DNA of 63,677 nucleotides, counting the filler. It is 6 parts of 6 records of this genome, joined end to end, with 100 filler letters (N's around TTAATTAATTAA, not from the genome) between each part and the next. Parts side by side here need not be neighbours in the genome. Positions count along the whole stretch, not along the records: positions 1 to 17,457 come from SRR22947725_1113; 5 more parts are not named here. One strand, written 5' to 3'. The translations under genes and the position numbers were made by a program. The notes below the pieces were generated by a model. It was not told where the DNA came from and did no database searches. It saw only the letters and a list, made by a program, of their open reading frames with translations. Of this stretch, positions 1 to 9,711 are shown in pieces. The stretch's first letter is position 1. Each line of letters begins with the position of its first letter.

Positions 1-3000
1 GAAATATCAATCCATTGATGCTTTGGCCCGGTCGCATCATTGGAATCCTGCCATGAATATCCGTGGCGGTCTGGCCCCCCCCCCATTTGGGAAATCGGAA
101 TTCCTTTTCTCTGATCGACATGCCCCTTGCTGAGAGGAGCGAAGTGGGAGAGGTCAAACATTCTTTGCTTGCTCAGTGATTTTCCTCCTTTTTGAGTAAG
201 TCCCTTAATATTCCAGTTTAGTGGGCTTCCGCCATTATTCGAAAGGTATAGGGAAAGATTTTTTTCCTTATTCATCGCTAGACTTGCAGAAAAAGACTTA
301 GGGTTTACAATCATGGATGGAGCCATTAATCCGGTTCCGCTAACAGAATAATTTCTTAGCTTCAGGCCATTCTCGTTCGTTAAGATTGATGCTATGCTTG
401 CAAGCTTTCCCGATTTTACTGGTGTGAAGATAAATTTATTCTCGATCTTTTCACCACTTTTTAAGGTAAGAGGAAGTTTTAAATCATGAGTGAAAACAGA
501 ATTATCAAATGCGAATTGTTTGATGGTGATCGCTTTGGTATCTGCATTGCTGATCGAAACTGTTTTTTCGTCTGCCTGTCCGGCAAAAGTATTTTTAAAG
601 GACAGAGTTGATGGTCGGAAAACGAGACCCGCTTTTTCGCTTAGTTTTTGAGCAGTTACATTTATTGATTTTTTAGGTTGATCAGGATCATTGGAAGTAA
701 TTAAAATTTCAGTTTCCTCATAGGCACTTGGCATTTCTTTTTCTTTTCCAATAGCTTTAATTTCAACCGATTTCCCTACCGCGAGAATCCCATTTTTATT
801 TGTGCTATTAGCAGAATAATGAATGGTTCCATTCCATTTTCTACCTTTGTAGAGCGAACTTCTTTCACTCGGTGTTTTTCGAGATGTGCCGTAACCAACA
901 TAAATTGAAAGGTTTTCGTCTTTTGCTGAGATGCTTCCAAATGTTGCGTTGGTATATTTGACTCCTATTGTTTTGTTAGAAAATAAAAGAGTGTGTGTTC
1001 CTTGTTGTAGTACAAAGTCAGTTTTAAATGTCTTTTGAAAAGAACTTGTGGTAGCAAGGTTTTTATCCGAGATATCTGAATCTGTGGAAATACTTTTCGC
1101 TAAAAAACCAGATTGGGAAATTTTTGAAGTTGCTACCTGTTCCCATCCATTCGTTGATTTAGTGGCATCTTCGATTTCCCCTTTTCTTTTCCAAACATTA
1201 ACCTCACCAGTTCCTCTAAAGTGACCAGTCAAGGCGGTAACATTAATTCCGTTTGGGTTGTGAATATTAACTTGTATGTAATTCGCTGTGGATCCATTTC
1301 CTCCGGCAAATGTTGTTTTCAACTCCTTCTTTGAAACTTGATTAGAAGTGCTTATCCAATCTTTTCCACTTGGGAATTTAACTTCGTAATTCAAGTTAGC
1401 GTCTCCCTTGTTGGAAAGAGTGAAGACCTGGGTTTCAATCTCGTTTTCGTTCAGATCGAAATGCATTCTTTCGGGAGTCACGACTAAACTTGGAGTGCTG
1501 AATACCTCCGCGTGGAGAGGTATGCTTAAGCGGGGTTGGTTTTGTGCGTCACTTAAAACGATTACGGTGGATGAAATTTTACCGTTTTGATTCCCAGTAA
1601 ATAAGATATCGCCTTTAATCTCCTCGCCACTGGAAATTGTTATTGGAGTAGCCAAAGAAAGAGTAAAATCATTAGAGTCTACCGTAGCATTTGTTATTTT
1701 TACTGAATGAGTTCCTGTATTAGATAATGTGAATGAGAGACTTTTAGATTCACCTTTTGCAATTTTTCCAAAATCGATTTTTGTGGGATTTACAGTAATT
1801 AGCCCTTCTTTTGGAGGTTGGATAGAAAGAGCATTATGAATATTTAAAGTGCCGCCAGTGACACATTTCTCTTGGAGAAGAGTTTCCCCATCGGTTGAAT
1901 CCATTAATGCATCTTTTACCTGTTTTACAGTCCAGGTGGGATTCGCAGAAAGTAGGAGGGCGTATGCTCCCGATACATGAGGTGCGGCCATTGATGTGCC
2001 CTGATAACTTGCGTATTTATTGCCTGGAATTGTGCTTAAAATTCGGACGCCGGGAGCAAACAGATCCACACTTGTTTTGCCGTAGCAGGAGAAATACGCT
2101 TTTTTGCCTCGATGGTCTGAGGCTCCCACCGAAATTACATTTTCAGATTGATAAGAGGCGGGGTAGCTTGGTTGTGCATCATTATTACCATCATGGTTTC
2201 CCGCAGCTGCCACAAATCCAATTCCTTTTTGATTGGCTTCATCGATTGCTCTTTTAAGCGTACTTGAATAGCCTCCACCTCCCCATGAGTTGGAGGTCAA
2301 GTTTACCCCAATCTTGGTGGCATAAGTAATTGATTTGATTGCGTCGGAAAGATACCCACCGTCGTTGCCAAGGAATTTGATGCCGACCATTGATATATTC
2401 CAGCAAACTCCGGCAACTCCTTTTCCATTGTTTCCGACTCCACCAATAGTACCGGCACAATGTGTCCCATGAGAATCATCGTCGTGTGGATTATTGTCAT
2501 TATTGTAAAAGTCCCACCCATATATGTCGTCGATATATCCGTTCCCGTCGTCGTCTTTCCCGTTGCCCGCAATTTCGTTTGGATTACTCCACATATTAGA
2601 TTTTAGGTCTTCATGGTTACGGTCAATCCCAGTGTCGATTATACCAACTAAAATGTCTTTGCTTCCGGTGTTTAAATCCCATGCCTCCGGAGCATCGATA
2701 TCTTTGTCCTCAGTACCACCGGTTTGTCCTTCATTATTCATTCCCCAAAGGTCATGAAGCTTTGTGTCATTCGAAAGCTTTACCGTGGTAACAAAATAAT
2801 CAGGTTCCACTTCTTCTATGATATCATTTAGGCTTTGCATCGCTTCTTTCTTATTGAAATGCATTTCTAGAGTGGGTTCTTCCATTATTTTTACCAAAAA
2901 CGAATTTCCCGAAACTTCTGAGCCTAATTCGCATCCAAGCTCATTTAGTCTTTCTTGAATCACTTCCTTTTCTACGAAAGGGGAAAGCTGAACAATAAAA

Positions 3001-3461
3001 TGTCCTGCCACATGAGCCTGAGCAGATTCGACTTTTTCCTGCTGAGAATTTCTGAAGTCTCCTTTTTCTTCTAAGATAAGAAGTGGGTATTTAAAAGTTG
3101 TTCTTATTAACGAGAGCCTTGTTTGTAGATCGGATGCTTTTTCCTGAGGAATAATTGTAGACTCTTCAACGGATACAGTATTTTGACCCACCACTTCCTT
3201 AATTCGATTCGCAGGAATGTTTTCGATCGGGGCTTCGTATTTTTTTGATTTGATTTGCTCAACTGAGAATCCCTGGACTTGAAGTGAATTAATTTTTGTC
3301 TCATTCGCATTTTCTTTCCCTTTCAAAACTTCATTTTTGGGAATTGGGTTTGGCTCCTTAGATGCCTGCATAGGGGATTCTTTTTCCTTTTTATTACTAA
3401 TAATAAAAGAAAAACTAATTAAGATTAAACAAAACAAGAATGATGCGATATTTTTTTTCAT
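1..3461 (-). CDS. Large secreted S8 (subtilisin-family) serine protease with C-terminal Ig-like repeats; >1150 aa, runs off the left edge of the window
   Basis: Manual translation from ATG at 3461 (MKKNIASFLFCLILISFSFII, signal/anchor). Catalytic triad motifs: VGIIDTG (~2630-2650), SHGTHCAG (~2450-2475), AAAGN, GTSMAAPHVSG (~1970-2000). Followed by Ig-like repeats (LITVNPTKIDFG, FTLSNKGDANL, ITSNDP). The same frame still reads sensibly at the window edge (GGPDRHGYSWQDSND..WIDIS). It is absent from the ORF track, as expected if no stop lies in the window. Confidence 0.92.
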   Translation of the reverse strand, partial: MKKNIASFLFCLILISFSFIISNKKEKESPMQASKEPNPIPKNEVLKGKENANETKINSLQVQGFSVEQIKSKKYEAPIENIPANRIKEVVGQNTVSVEESTIIPQEKASDLQTRLSLIRTTFKYPLLILEEKGDFRNSQQEKVESAQAHVAGHFIVQLSPFVEKEVIQERLNELGCELGSEVSGNSFLVKIMEEPTLEMHFNKKEAMQSLNDIIEEVEPDYFVTTVKLSNDTKLHDLWGMNNEGQTGGTEDKDIDAPEAWDLNTGSKDILVGIIDTGIDRNHEDLKSNMWSNPNEIAGNGKDDDGNGYIDDIYGWDFYNNDNNPHDDDSHGTHCAGTIGGVGNNGKGVAGVCWNISMVGIKFLGNDGGYLSDAIKSITYATKIGVNLTSNSWGGGGYSSTLKRAIDEANQKGIGFVAAAGNHDGNNDAQPSYPASYQSENVISVGASDHRGKKAYFSCYGKTSVDLFAPGVRILSTIPGNKYASYQGTSMAAPHVSGAYALLLSANPTWTVKQVKDALMDSTDGETLLQEKCVTGGTLNIHNALSIQPPKEGLITVNPTKIDFGKIAKGESKSLSFTLSNTGTHSVKITNATVDSNDFTLSLATPITISSGEEIKGDILFTGNQNGKISSTVIVLSDAQNQPRLSIPLHAEVFSTPSLVVTPERMHFDLNENEIETQVFTLSNKGDANLNYEVKFPSGKDWISTSNQVSKKELKTTFAGGNGSTANYIQVNIHNPNGINVTALTGHFRGTGEVNVWKRKGEIEDATKSTNGWEQVATSKISQSGFLAKSISTDSDISDKNLATTSSFQKTFKTDFVLQQGTHTLLFSNKTIGVKYTNATFGSISAKDENLSIYVGYGTSRKTPSERSSLYKGRKWNGTIHYSANSTNKNGILAVGKSVEIKAIGKEKEMPSAYEETEILITSNDPDQPKKSINVTAQKLSEKAGLVFRPSTLSFKNTFAGQADEKTVSISNADTKAITIKQFAFDNSVFTHDLKLPLTLKSGEKIENKFIFTPVKSGKLASIASILTNENGLKLRNYSVSGTGLMAPSMIVNPKSFSASLAMNKEKNLSLYLSNNGGSPLNWNIKGLTQKGGKSLSKQRMFDLSHFAPLSKGHVDQRKGIPISQMGGGPDRHGYSWQDSNDATGPKHQWIDI

Positions 3462-3670
3462 AGGATTATATTGTGTGTAATATGTAAATACACTAAATAC
3501 CTAAATTAATAGATATGCAAGAAATAGTTTAAGGAAAGTTAATTGTTGCGCTTTTTACACTCTAAAACTGGGCAGTAGAGGGATAGCTATATAACTTTCA
3601 ATAAGTAGGAGTACCCCCTTTAAGTAGAAGGTTTATACTTGGCGATCAGATATTTCCAGACAACAAAAGT

Positions 3671-5233
3671 TTACGGATTTTGCACGGGTGGCATTTTTTG
3701 TGCAAAAGCACAATCAGTTTGCTGAAGTTCGCGAATCGTTTTTTTACGAAGTTTTCGAAGTAGGGCTATGTGATTTTTTCCGATGGCTAGGTTTTTGATT
3801 TCATCAGGGTCGTTTTTCATGTCGTATAGTTCCTCGGTTTCACCGGGTAGTAAGTTTCGAATGTATTTATAGCGATCTGTGCGGAGAGATATCCACCAGG
3901 GTACCCTTTGTTTCTTGTATATTGGATCGTTTTTCATCTCTATAACCACATCGCAATTCTCCCCGAAACTCATTCCTGTATGGGCGAGAAGAAGGGGAGA
4001 GTTCCAATCTTGTCTTTCCGGATTAGTGAGTAATGGGGTCAGGTCGCGTCCATGCATTTTCCAGGGAAGCTCAAGTTTGGCTGTTTTAAAGAAGGTGGGA
4101 ACTAAATCCGCACCACCCACGGGTTTTGAACAAACTTTTCCAGTAGGGAACTTTTTTGGCATACTTACGATAAGGGGTCCACGAATGGTTCCATCGTAGG
4201 GGGCAAGTTTCATTTGGAACCCTTTTTGTCCCCAGGCAATACCTTGGTCTGCTCCATAGACGATAAGAGTGTTGTCGTATTGTCCAGTCTCCTTGAGTGC
4301 CCTGATTAATTGCCCCACTCCTTCATCAATGGCGAGCACACCCTGGTGATACTGTCTTTCCAATGAATGAATATCGGTGCCGTGGATAAATTTTCCGCTG
4401 ACCGTACGGCCGGAAAATTTTCCGGACTTGAGTATTGGGATACCATCAGGTCCAGAAATCCATTGTTCTTTTGTCCGGGAATATTCCGGTTTTCCATTCC
4501 GGGGTGGGTAAATATCTTCTGGAATATCTACCTTTGCATTTGGGTAGCGGTTAAAATGTCGCTTTGCCGGAGTGAATGGTCCGTGCACGGCTCCATAGCA
4601 AAGCCATAAATAGAAGGGTTTACTTTCTTCTTTTCCGTGTCCTCCACGAATGTATTCCTCAGCCCATTTTGTATAATTATCAGTTGAGTACCCCTGGGTC
4701 ATAATGGCTTTTTTACCATTTGTTTGAATGAGCTGTTCTTTGAAATAGTTTCCTGAATTTTCGGGGAATGCGGGACGGTTCCACACTTTTTGAAAATCCC
4801 AGTCCCTTCCAAATCCATTATCAATTCCAGTATGCCATTTTCCAATTTGTGCGGTTTGATATCCATTTTTCCGAAAGACCGATGGCCAGAACGGACAGTC
4901 ATCTGAGTTGTACACGCTCCCTGGATATTCTCCTTCCATCCGCATTGATTTTACTCCGTATGATTGATGACCGGTTAAAAGAGTTGCCCGAGCGGCCATA
5001 CACCAGGAACTCATGTAGCAATGAGCAAATCGAACTCCATCCCGAGCCAGGGAATCAATATGTGGAGTCTTTACCCAATCGGGGGACTCCGGGTAACAAC
5101 CGACGCTTCGGTGTGATTGATCATCGGATAGAATGAAGAGTATATTAGGTTTTTTTGCAAAGCTGATGCTCAGGAAAAGGGGAGAAGCAAAAAGTAAAAC
5201 ATATGAATAGAGAATATTTGTATTGATCATCAT
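3671..5233 (-). CDS. Sulfatase (formylglycine-dependent S1 family), exported
   Basis: Signal peptide, PNILFILSDD, active-site motif SWCMAARATLLTG (CxAxR variant), GKWH, ELYDMKNDPDE. Confidence 0.9.
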   Translation of the reverse strand: MMINTNILYSYVLLFASPLFLSISFAKKPNILFILSDDQSHRSVGCYPESPDWVKTPHIDSLARDGVRFAHCYMSSWCMAARATLLTGHQSYGVKSMRMEGEYPGSVYNSDDCPFWPSVFRKNGYQTAQIGKWHTGIDNGFGRDWDFQKVWNRPAFPENSGNYFKEQLIQTNGKKAIMTQGYSTDNYTKWAEEYIRGGHGKEESKPFYLWLCYGAVHGPFTPAKRHFNRYPNAKVDIPEDIYPPRNGKPEYSRTKEQWISGPDGIPILKSGKFSGRTVSGKFIHGTDIHSLERQYHQGVLAIDEGVGQLIRALKETGQYDNTLIVYGADQGIAWGQKGFQMKLAPYDGTIRGPLIVSMPKKFPTGKVCSKPVGGADLVPTFFKTAKLELPWKMHGRDLTPLLTNPERQDWNSPLLLAHTGMSFGENCDVVIEMKNDPIYKKQRVPWWISLRTDRYKYIRNLLPGETEELYDMKNDPDEIKNLAIGKNHIALLRKLRKKTIRELQQTDCAFAQKMPPVQNP

Positions 5234-5374
5234 ATATGGATTCCTGGAAGGGGCGGACAGGGTTTATGAAACTAGGGTGTTCTTTATTCAAGACACATTC
5301 CTGCCTAAGGTTACAAGAAGTATTTTTCAGGCTTTAAGAAATAAATAAATGAACAATATCGAATTTGTCTCAAA

Positions 5375-6892
5375 TTATTTTTTGTGCCTAAAGTCTTTTT
5401 CAGCCAGATAATCGGGGTTTATTTCAGGTAAGTCAGCCCCTGATTTTTTTTGCCATTGGTGCAAGGAATTGAGCAGCCTTTCTTTCACTTTTGGCCTTTT
5501 TTCAACCAAGTCATTTTGCTCACCCATATCCTCCTCCAGGTTATAAAGTTCTATTTTTCCGGTTTCAAAAACTTCAATCAATTTATATTTCCCCATTCGA
5601 ATCGCACCGGATGGGCCCATGCTGTTAATATGATGATAGTGTGGGTAATGGAAATAAAGAGCTTCCCGATCCATTGTTTTTTTCTTTCCATTGAGCAAGG
5701 GCTTGAGGCTTTTTCCATCCCGGTGTTGGGTTGGCATGGCGGGGAGATTCAGCAGGTCCAAAATAGTGGGATAGAGATCGGTGCTGATTACGGGTTCCTT
5801 GATTCGCAAGCCAGCTTTTATTTTACCCGGCATTCGAAGAACGAGGGGAACACGGATGCCTCCCTCGTAGAGCCATGATTTTCCAGCCCGCAAGGGAAGG
5901 CATGATGTGGGCATATTTCCATTCGATCCTGTGGATAAACCGCCATTGTCCGAAAAGAAGATAATCAAGGTATCATTCTCTAAGTTTTCCTGTTTTAGAG
6001 TTTTCAGTAATCGGCCAATATTTTCATCCATACTTTCAACCATGCACGCATAGGCTGGAGAACTTTGTTCACTCCTTGCTCTGCTCTGCCATACCGGAAT
6101 CCCTTGGTTGGGTTTTGGGTTAAGCCCAAGTCTCTTTGCTTTTCCGGTGTATTTTTGAAGTTTCTCCTTCTTGGGTTGAATGGGTGTGTGTACGGTATAG
6201 TACCAAAAGTTTATGAAGAAGGGTTGGGCTTTATTTTTCCTGATAAATTGGATTGCCTGATCCGTAAGTGCGTCCGTTAGGTAATCACCTTCTTTCCCCT
6301 CTTCCAGTCCGGGTACATTAGTGTTTGGGTGACGATCGCTTTTGTAGGGAAAATAATAGGATCCGGGTTGTCCCATTCGAAAACCGGCGATGTTTACATC
6401 GAATCCGTGCTTCTCCGGATAATGTGTCTTTCCTTTGTCGGTATGATTTTGTAAGTGCCATTTTCCGATGTGTACGGTTTTGTATTTGTGCGAACGAAGG
6501 GCTTCCGCGAGGGTTATATCCTTGGGGTTGATATTACCAACAATCTTAGGTGCGTTCAGCCGATAGCCCGGGCCTTTGGGCCCGGATGTTCCACTGATGT
6601 AGGTCATTTTAATCCTGCTTGGGTATTTGCCGGTTAAAATACTTGCCCGGGTGGGGGAACAAACGGAACTTGCGGCATAAGCGTCACTAAAAAAAGCTCC
6701 TTCTTTGGCAAGACGATCCACATTTGGAGTCTCATGAAATTTACTCCCAGTAAGGCTAAGGTCCGACCAGCCCAAATCATCGATTAAGAAGAGGATGACA
6801 TTAGGTTTTTTTACCGTTTCTTTTGATTGAATATGTTGAATAAAAAAAACAGTGAGAAGAAGGGCAGTGAGTATGGAAGACTGAATTTTCAT
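5375..6892 (-). CDS. Sulfatase (S1 family), exported
   Basis: Signal peptide, PNVILFLIDDLG, canonical VCSPTRASILTG, GKWH, SDNGG, YEGGIRVP. Confidence 0.93.
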   Translation of the reverse strand: MKIQSSILTALLLTVFFIQHIQSKETVKKPNVILFLIDDLGWSDLSLTGSKFHETPNVDRLAKEGAFFSDAYAASSVCSPTRASILTGKYPSRIKMTYISGTSGPKGPGYRLNAPKIVGNINPKDITLAEALRSHKYKTVHIGKWHLQNHTDKGKTHYPEKHGFDVNIAGFRMGQPGSYYFPYKSDRHPNTNVPGLEEGKEGDYLTDALTDQAIQFIRKNKAQPFFINFWYYTVHTPIQPKKEKLQKYTGKAKRLGLNPKPNQGIPVWQSRARSEQSSPAYACMVESMDENIGRLLKTLKQENLENDTLIIFFSDNGGLSTGSNGNMPTSCLPLRAGKSWLYEGGIRVPLVLRMPGKIKAGLRIKEPVISTDLYPTILDLLNLPAMPTQHRDGKSLKPLLNGKKKTMDREALYFHYPHYHHINSMGPSGAIRMGKYKLIEVFETGKIELYNLEEDMGEQNDLVEKRPKVKERLLNSLHQWQKKSGADLPEINPDYLAEKDFRHKK

Positions 6893-6957
6893 GGGAGTGT
6901 TTTCTTATTATTTGATCTTTAATTCACATTTTTGAGAACATGAGAATTTTAGTGGAG

Positions 6958-8292
6958 CTACCTTCTTTGCTTGCTAAATTCTACGCGCTGACCCTGACAC
7001 TTAGGCAAAACTTTTCCCCCTTGGTATGCAATTTTACCCGAGACGATCGTGGTGTCGACAGAGTTGGTGAATGTCATATGAGGGAAGGGGGACCATTGGC
7101 ACTTGCTCAAGAGCTCTGTGTTTTTAACTGAAGTGTTCTTTGATGGGTCAACTAAAACAATATCTGCCCAGTATCCTTCTCTTAAATATCCTCTCTCTTC
7201 CACTTGAAATAAACGGGCAGGTGCATGGCAGGCACGTTCAACAACTGTCTCAATCGTGAAACATTTCTGTTCACACATTTCGAGCATTAGCAGTAATGTG
7301 TGTTGAATAAGAGGAAGGCCGGAAGGGGCATTAAAATAAGTTCCCTGTTTTTCATCCCAAGTATGTGGCGCATGGTCGGTGGCGAGAATGGAAATTCTGC
7401 CGTCTGATACTGCTTTGCGGATTGCATCACGGTCGCTTGCTTTTTTGATTGCTGGATTACATTTAATGAGAGAGCCAAGCGTGGAGTAGCTCAACTCCTC
7501 AAACCACAAGTGATGCACGCATGCTTCTGCAGTGATACGATCGTTGCCCGCTTCGAAAAGGTTCAACTCTTCCTCAGTGGTAATGTGTAGTACATGCAAT
7601 TTTGCATTTTCCCGCCTGGCCAGTTCCACCGCCATGGAGGAGGATTTGATACAGGCTTCTCGGGAGCGAATATTTCCGTGTTCGGAAAAGGGAACTTCTT
7701 CACCAAACTTTTGCCGGGCAACTTCTTCATTGGACAGTATGGTGGGGGTATCTTCGCAATGGGTTGCAATAATGGTGGGAGCGTTTCTAAAGATTCCCTC
7801 AAGTACGGTTTCTTCGTCGACTAACATGTTTCCGGTAGAGGAACCCATAAATACTTTTATACCTGCAATCTTCGAGGGCTCAGCTGATTTTACATGTTCA
7901 AGATTTTCATTACTGGCTCCCAGAAAAAAAGCGTAGTTTGCGAGCGAGTCCTGATTTGCGATGGCACATTTTTCTTCAATTCGTTCCATGCTCAGCGTCG
8001 GCGGGGACACATTAGGCATTTCAAAAAAAGTGGTCACGCCTCCCGCCACCGCGGCTTTCGATTCCGTGTGAATACATGCCTTGTGGGTAAGACCCGGTTC
8101 CCGAAAATGAACCTGGTCATCAATCAGTCCAGGGAGTACCAGTTTGCCGCCCGCATCAATCACTTTACATCCGGACGGAATTGCGAGGCTGGGGCCAATC
8201 GATTCAATCCTTCCCTTGCGAACCAGCAAGTCATCATGCGATCTTTTTCCCTCGTTGATAAGAGTGCCCCCTGTAATGAGTAGATCAGTCAT
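6958..8292 (-). CDS. pyrC: Dihydroorotase (amidohydrolase superfamily)
   Basis: PGLIDDQVHFREPG, KVFMGSSTG, HCED, KCNP, ATDHAPH. Start re-called at ATG 8292 (MTDLLITGG) because the longer ORF overlaps the proA 3' end. Confidence 0.85.
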   Translation of the reverse strand: MTDLLITGGTLINEGKRSHDDLLVRKGRIESIGPSLAIPSGCKVIDAGGKLVLPGLIDDQVHFREPGLTHKACIHTESKAAVAGGVTTFFEMPNVSPPTLSMERIEEKCAIANQDSLANYAFFLGASNENLEHVKSAEPSKIAGIKVFMGSSTGNMLVDEETVLEGIFRNAPTIIATHCEDTPTILSNEEVARQKFGEEVPFSEHGNIRSREACIKSSSMAVELARRENAKLHVLHITTEEELNLFEAGNDRITAEACVHHLWFEELSYSTLGSLIKCNPAIKKASDRDAIRKAVSDGRISILATDHAPHTWDEKQGTYFNAPSGLPLIQHTLLLMLEMCEQKCFTIETVVERACHAPARLFQVEERGYLREGYWADIVLVDPSKNTSVKNTELLSKCQWSPFPHMTFTNSVDTTIVSGKIAYQGGKVLPKCQGQRVEFSKQRR

Positions 8293-8332
8293 TTCGATTG
8301 GAAGTTTTGTATGACAGGGTGGGGGAGTCGAT

Positions 8333-9598
8333 TTATTTCCACTGTCCGGTACCGATAATATTATATTTATAGGTGCATAATTCATCCAGTCCCATTGGAC
8401 CGCGTGCATGGAGTCGATCGGTGGAAATTCCTATTTCTGCACCCAGTCCAAATTCAAACCCGTCGGTGTATCGAGTGCTTGCGTTCCAGTAGACTGAGGA
8501 GGCATCTACTTCTTGAAGAAATTGATCGGCCTTCGACTTGTTTTGAGTGAGTATTGACTCGCTATGTCCACTACCAAACTGATTCACAAAGGAAATGGCC
8601 TCATCGACAGACTCCACTACCTTGATTGCCAATCTTAGGTCAAGAAATTCCTCGGCAAAATCTTCTTCATTAGCGGGTTTGGTTGAAAAGTCGCTCAGTA
8701 TTGTCGCCGCTTTCGCATCAACTCGTAGTTCGCACCCTTTGGCAATTAGTTCCTTCGCGCAGAGGGGAAGGAATTCCGGAGCAATTTTTTCGCTGACGAT
8801 TAAATTTTCAATCGCATTACAAACTCCCGGGCGGCCACATTTGGAGGAAACTGCAATCTCCACTGCGTTGGCAAGATCGGCTTCTTCTTCGACGAATAAA
8901 TTACAGACTCCCTTGTAATGTTTAATCACTGGGATTCGACTATTTTGAGCAACAAAATTAATTAAACTTTCACCTCCTCGAGGAATAATACAATGGATAT
9001 ATTGGTCGAGGGTGAGCAGATGATTAAGAGCTGCCCGGTCTACCGTGGGAACAAGTTGAACCGAATTATTGGGGAGTTCAGAAATTTTCAATGCCTCCAT
9101 TATAATGGAGGCCAGTGCAGTATTGGAATGAATTGCCTCTTTCCCTCCCCGTAATAGGGATGCATTTCCTGACTTTAGACACAGACCAGCACAGTCAATC
9201 GTCACATTGGGACGAGATTCGTAAATGATTCCAATCACACCGATTGGAACCCTCACTTTTTTGATCTTCAATCCATTGGGCCGTTCTTTTTCTTCGATTA
9301 AAACTCCGACGGGATCGGGGAGTTCAATTAATTCACGAAGGCCCTTGGCCATCCCATCAATTCTTTCATGAGTGAGGCGTAAACGATCAACCATTGCCTC
9401 GCTCAGACCATTTTCTTTGGCCGCATCGAGATCCTTTTGATTTTCAATGGTAAGGAGCTTGCGGTTTGACTCAAGCCCTTCTGCAATGTGCTGTAAAGCT
9501 TCGTTTTTTTGCTTGGTCGATGCGCTAGCAAGAACAAGAGATGCACTCCTTGCTCGCTTGGCTAAAGTTTCGATAATTTGGGGGAGTTCTTCGGACAT
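8333..9598 (-). CDS. proA: Gamma-glutamyl phosphate reductase
   Basis: PIGVIGIIYESRPNVT, LRGGKEA, CNAIE, GSGHSESI, EIGISTDRLHARGPMGL. Confidence 0.95.
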   Translation of the reverse strand: MSEELPQIIETLAKRARSASLVLASASTKQKNEALQHIAEGLESNRKLLTIENQKDLDAAKENGLSEAMVDRLRLTHERIDGMAKGLRELIELPDPVGVLIEEKERPNGLKIKKVRVPIGVIGIIYESRPNVTIDCAGLCLKSGNASLLRGGKEAIHSNTALASIIMEALKISELPNNSVQLVPTVDRAALNHLLTLDQYIHCIIPRGGESLINFVAQNSRIPVIKHYKGVCNLFVEEEADLANAVEIAVSSKCGRPGVCNAIENLIVSEKIAPEFLPLCAKELIAKGCELRVDAKAATILSDFSTKPANEEDFAEEFLDLRLAIKVVESVDEAISFVNQFGSGHSESILTQNKSKADQFLQEVDASSVYWNASTRYTDGFEFGLGAEIGISTDRLHARGPMGLDELCTYKYNIIGTGQWK

Positions 9599-9658
9599 TA
9601 CATTTGAGCATAGAGTAAGATATTCAAAGGGTGAAGAGTTTTCGTTGCTGCGAGCAAT

Positions 9659-9693
9659 AAAAAAGCGAACCCAAATTCATGGGTTCGCTTTTT
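9659..9693. terminator. Intrinsic terminator (bidirectional type) downstream of the EF-hand gene
   Basis: A6-GCGAACCC-loop(8)-GGGTTCGC-T5 perfect stem. Confidence 0.75.
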
Positions 9694-9711
9694 GAAATAT
9701 TAAAAGGCGGC

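Noticed and set aside
1408..3310. Several short ORFs on both strands listed in the ORF track
   Set aside because: Shadow or alternate-frame ORFs inside the long S8 protease gene.
8293..8409. Apparent pyrC/proA overlap
   Set aside because: Caused by an upstream in-frame ATG; the homologous region begins at 8292.
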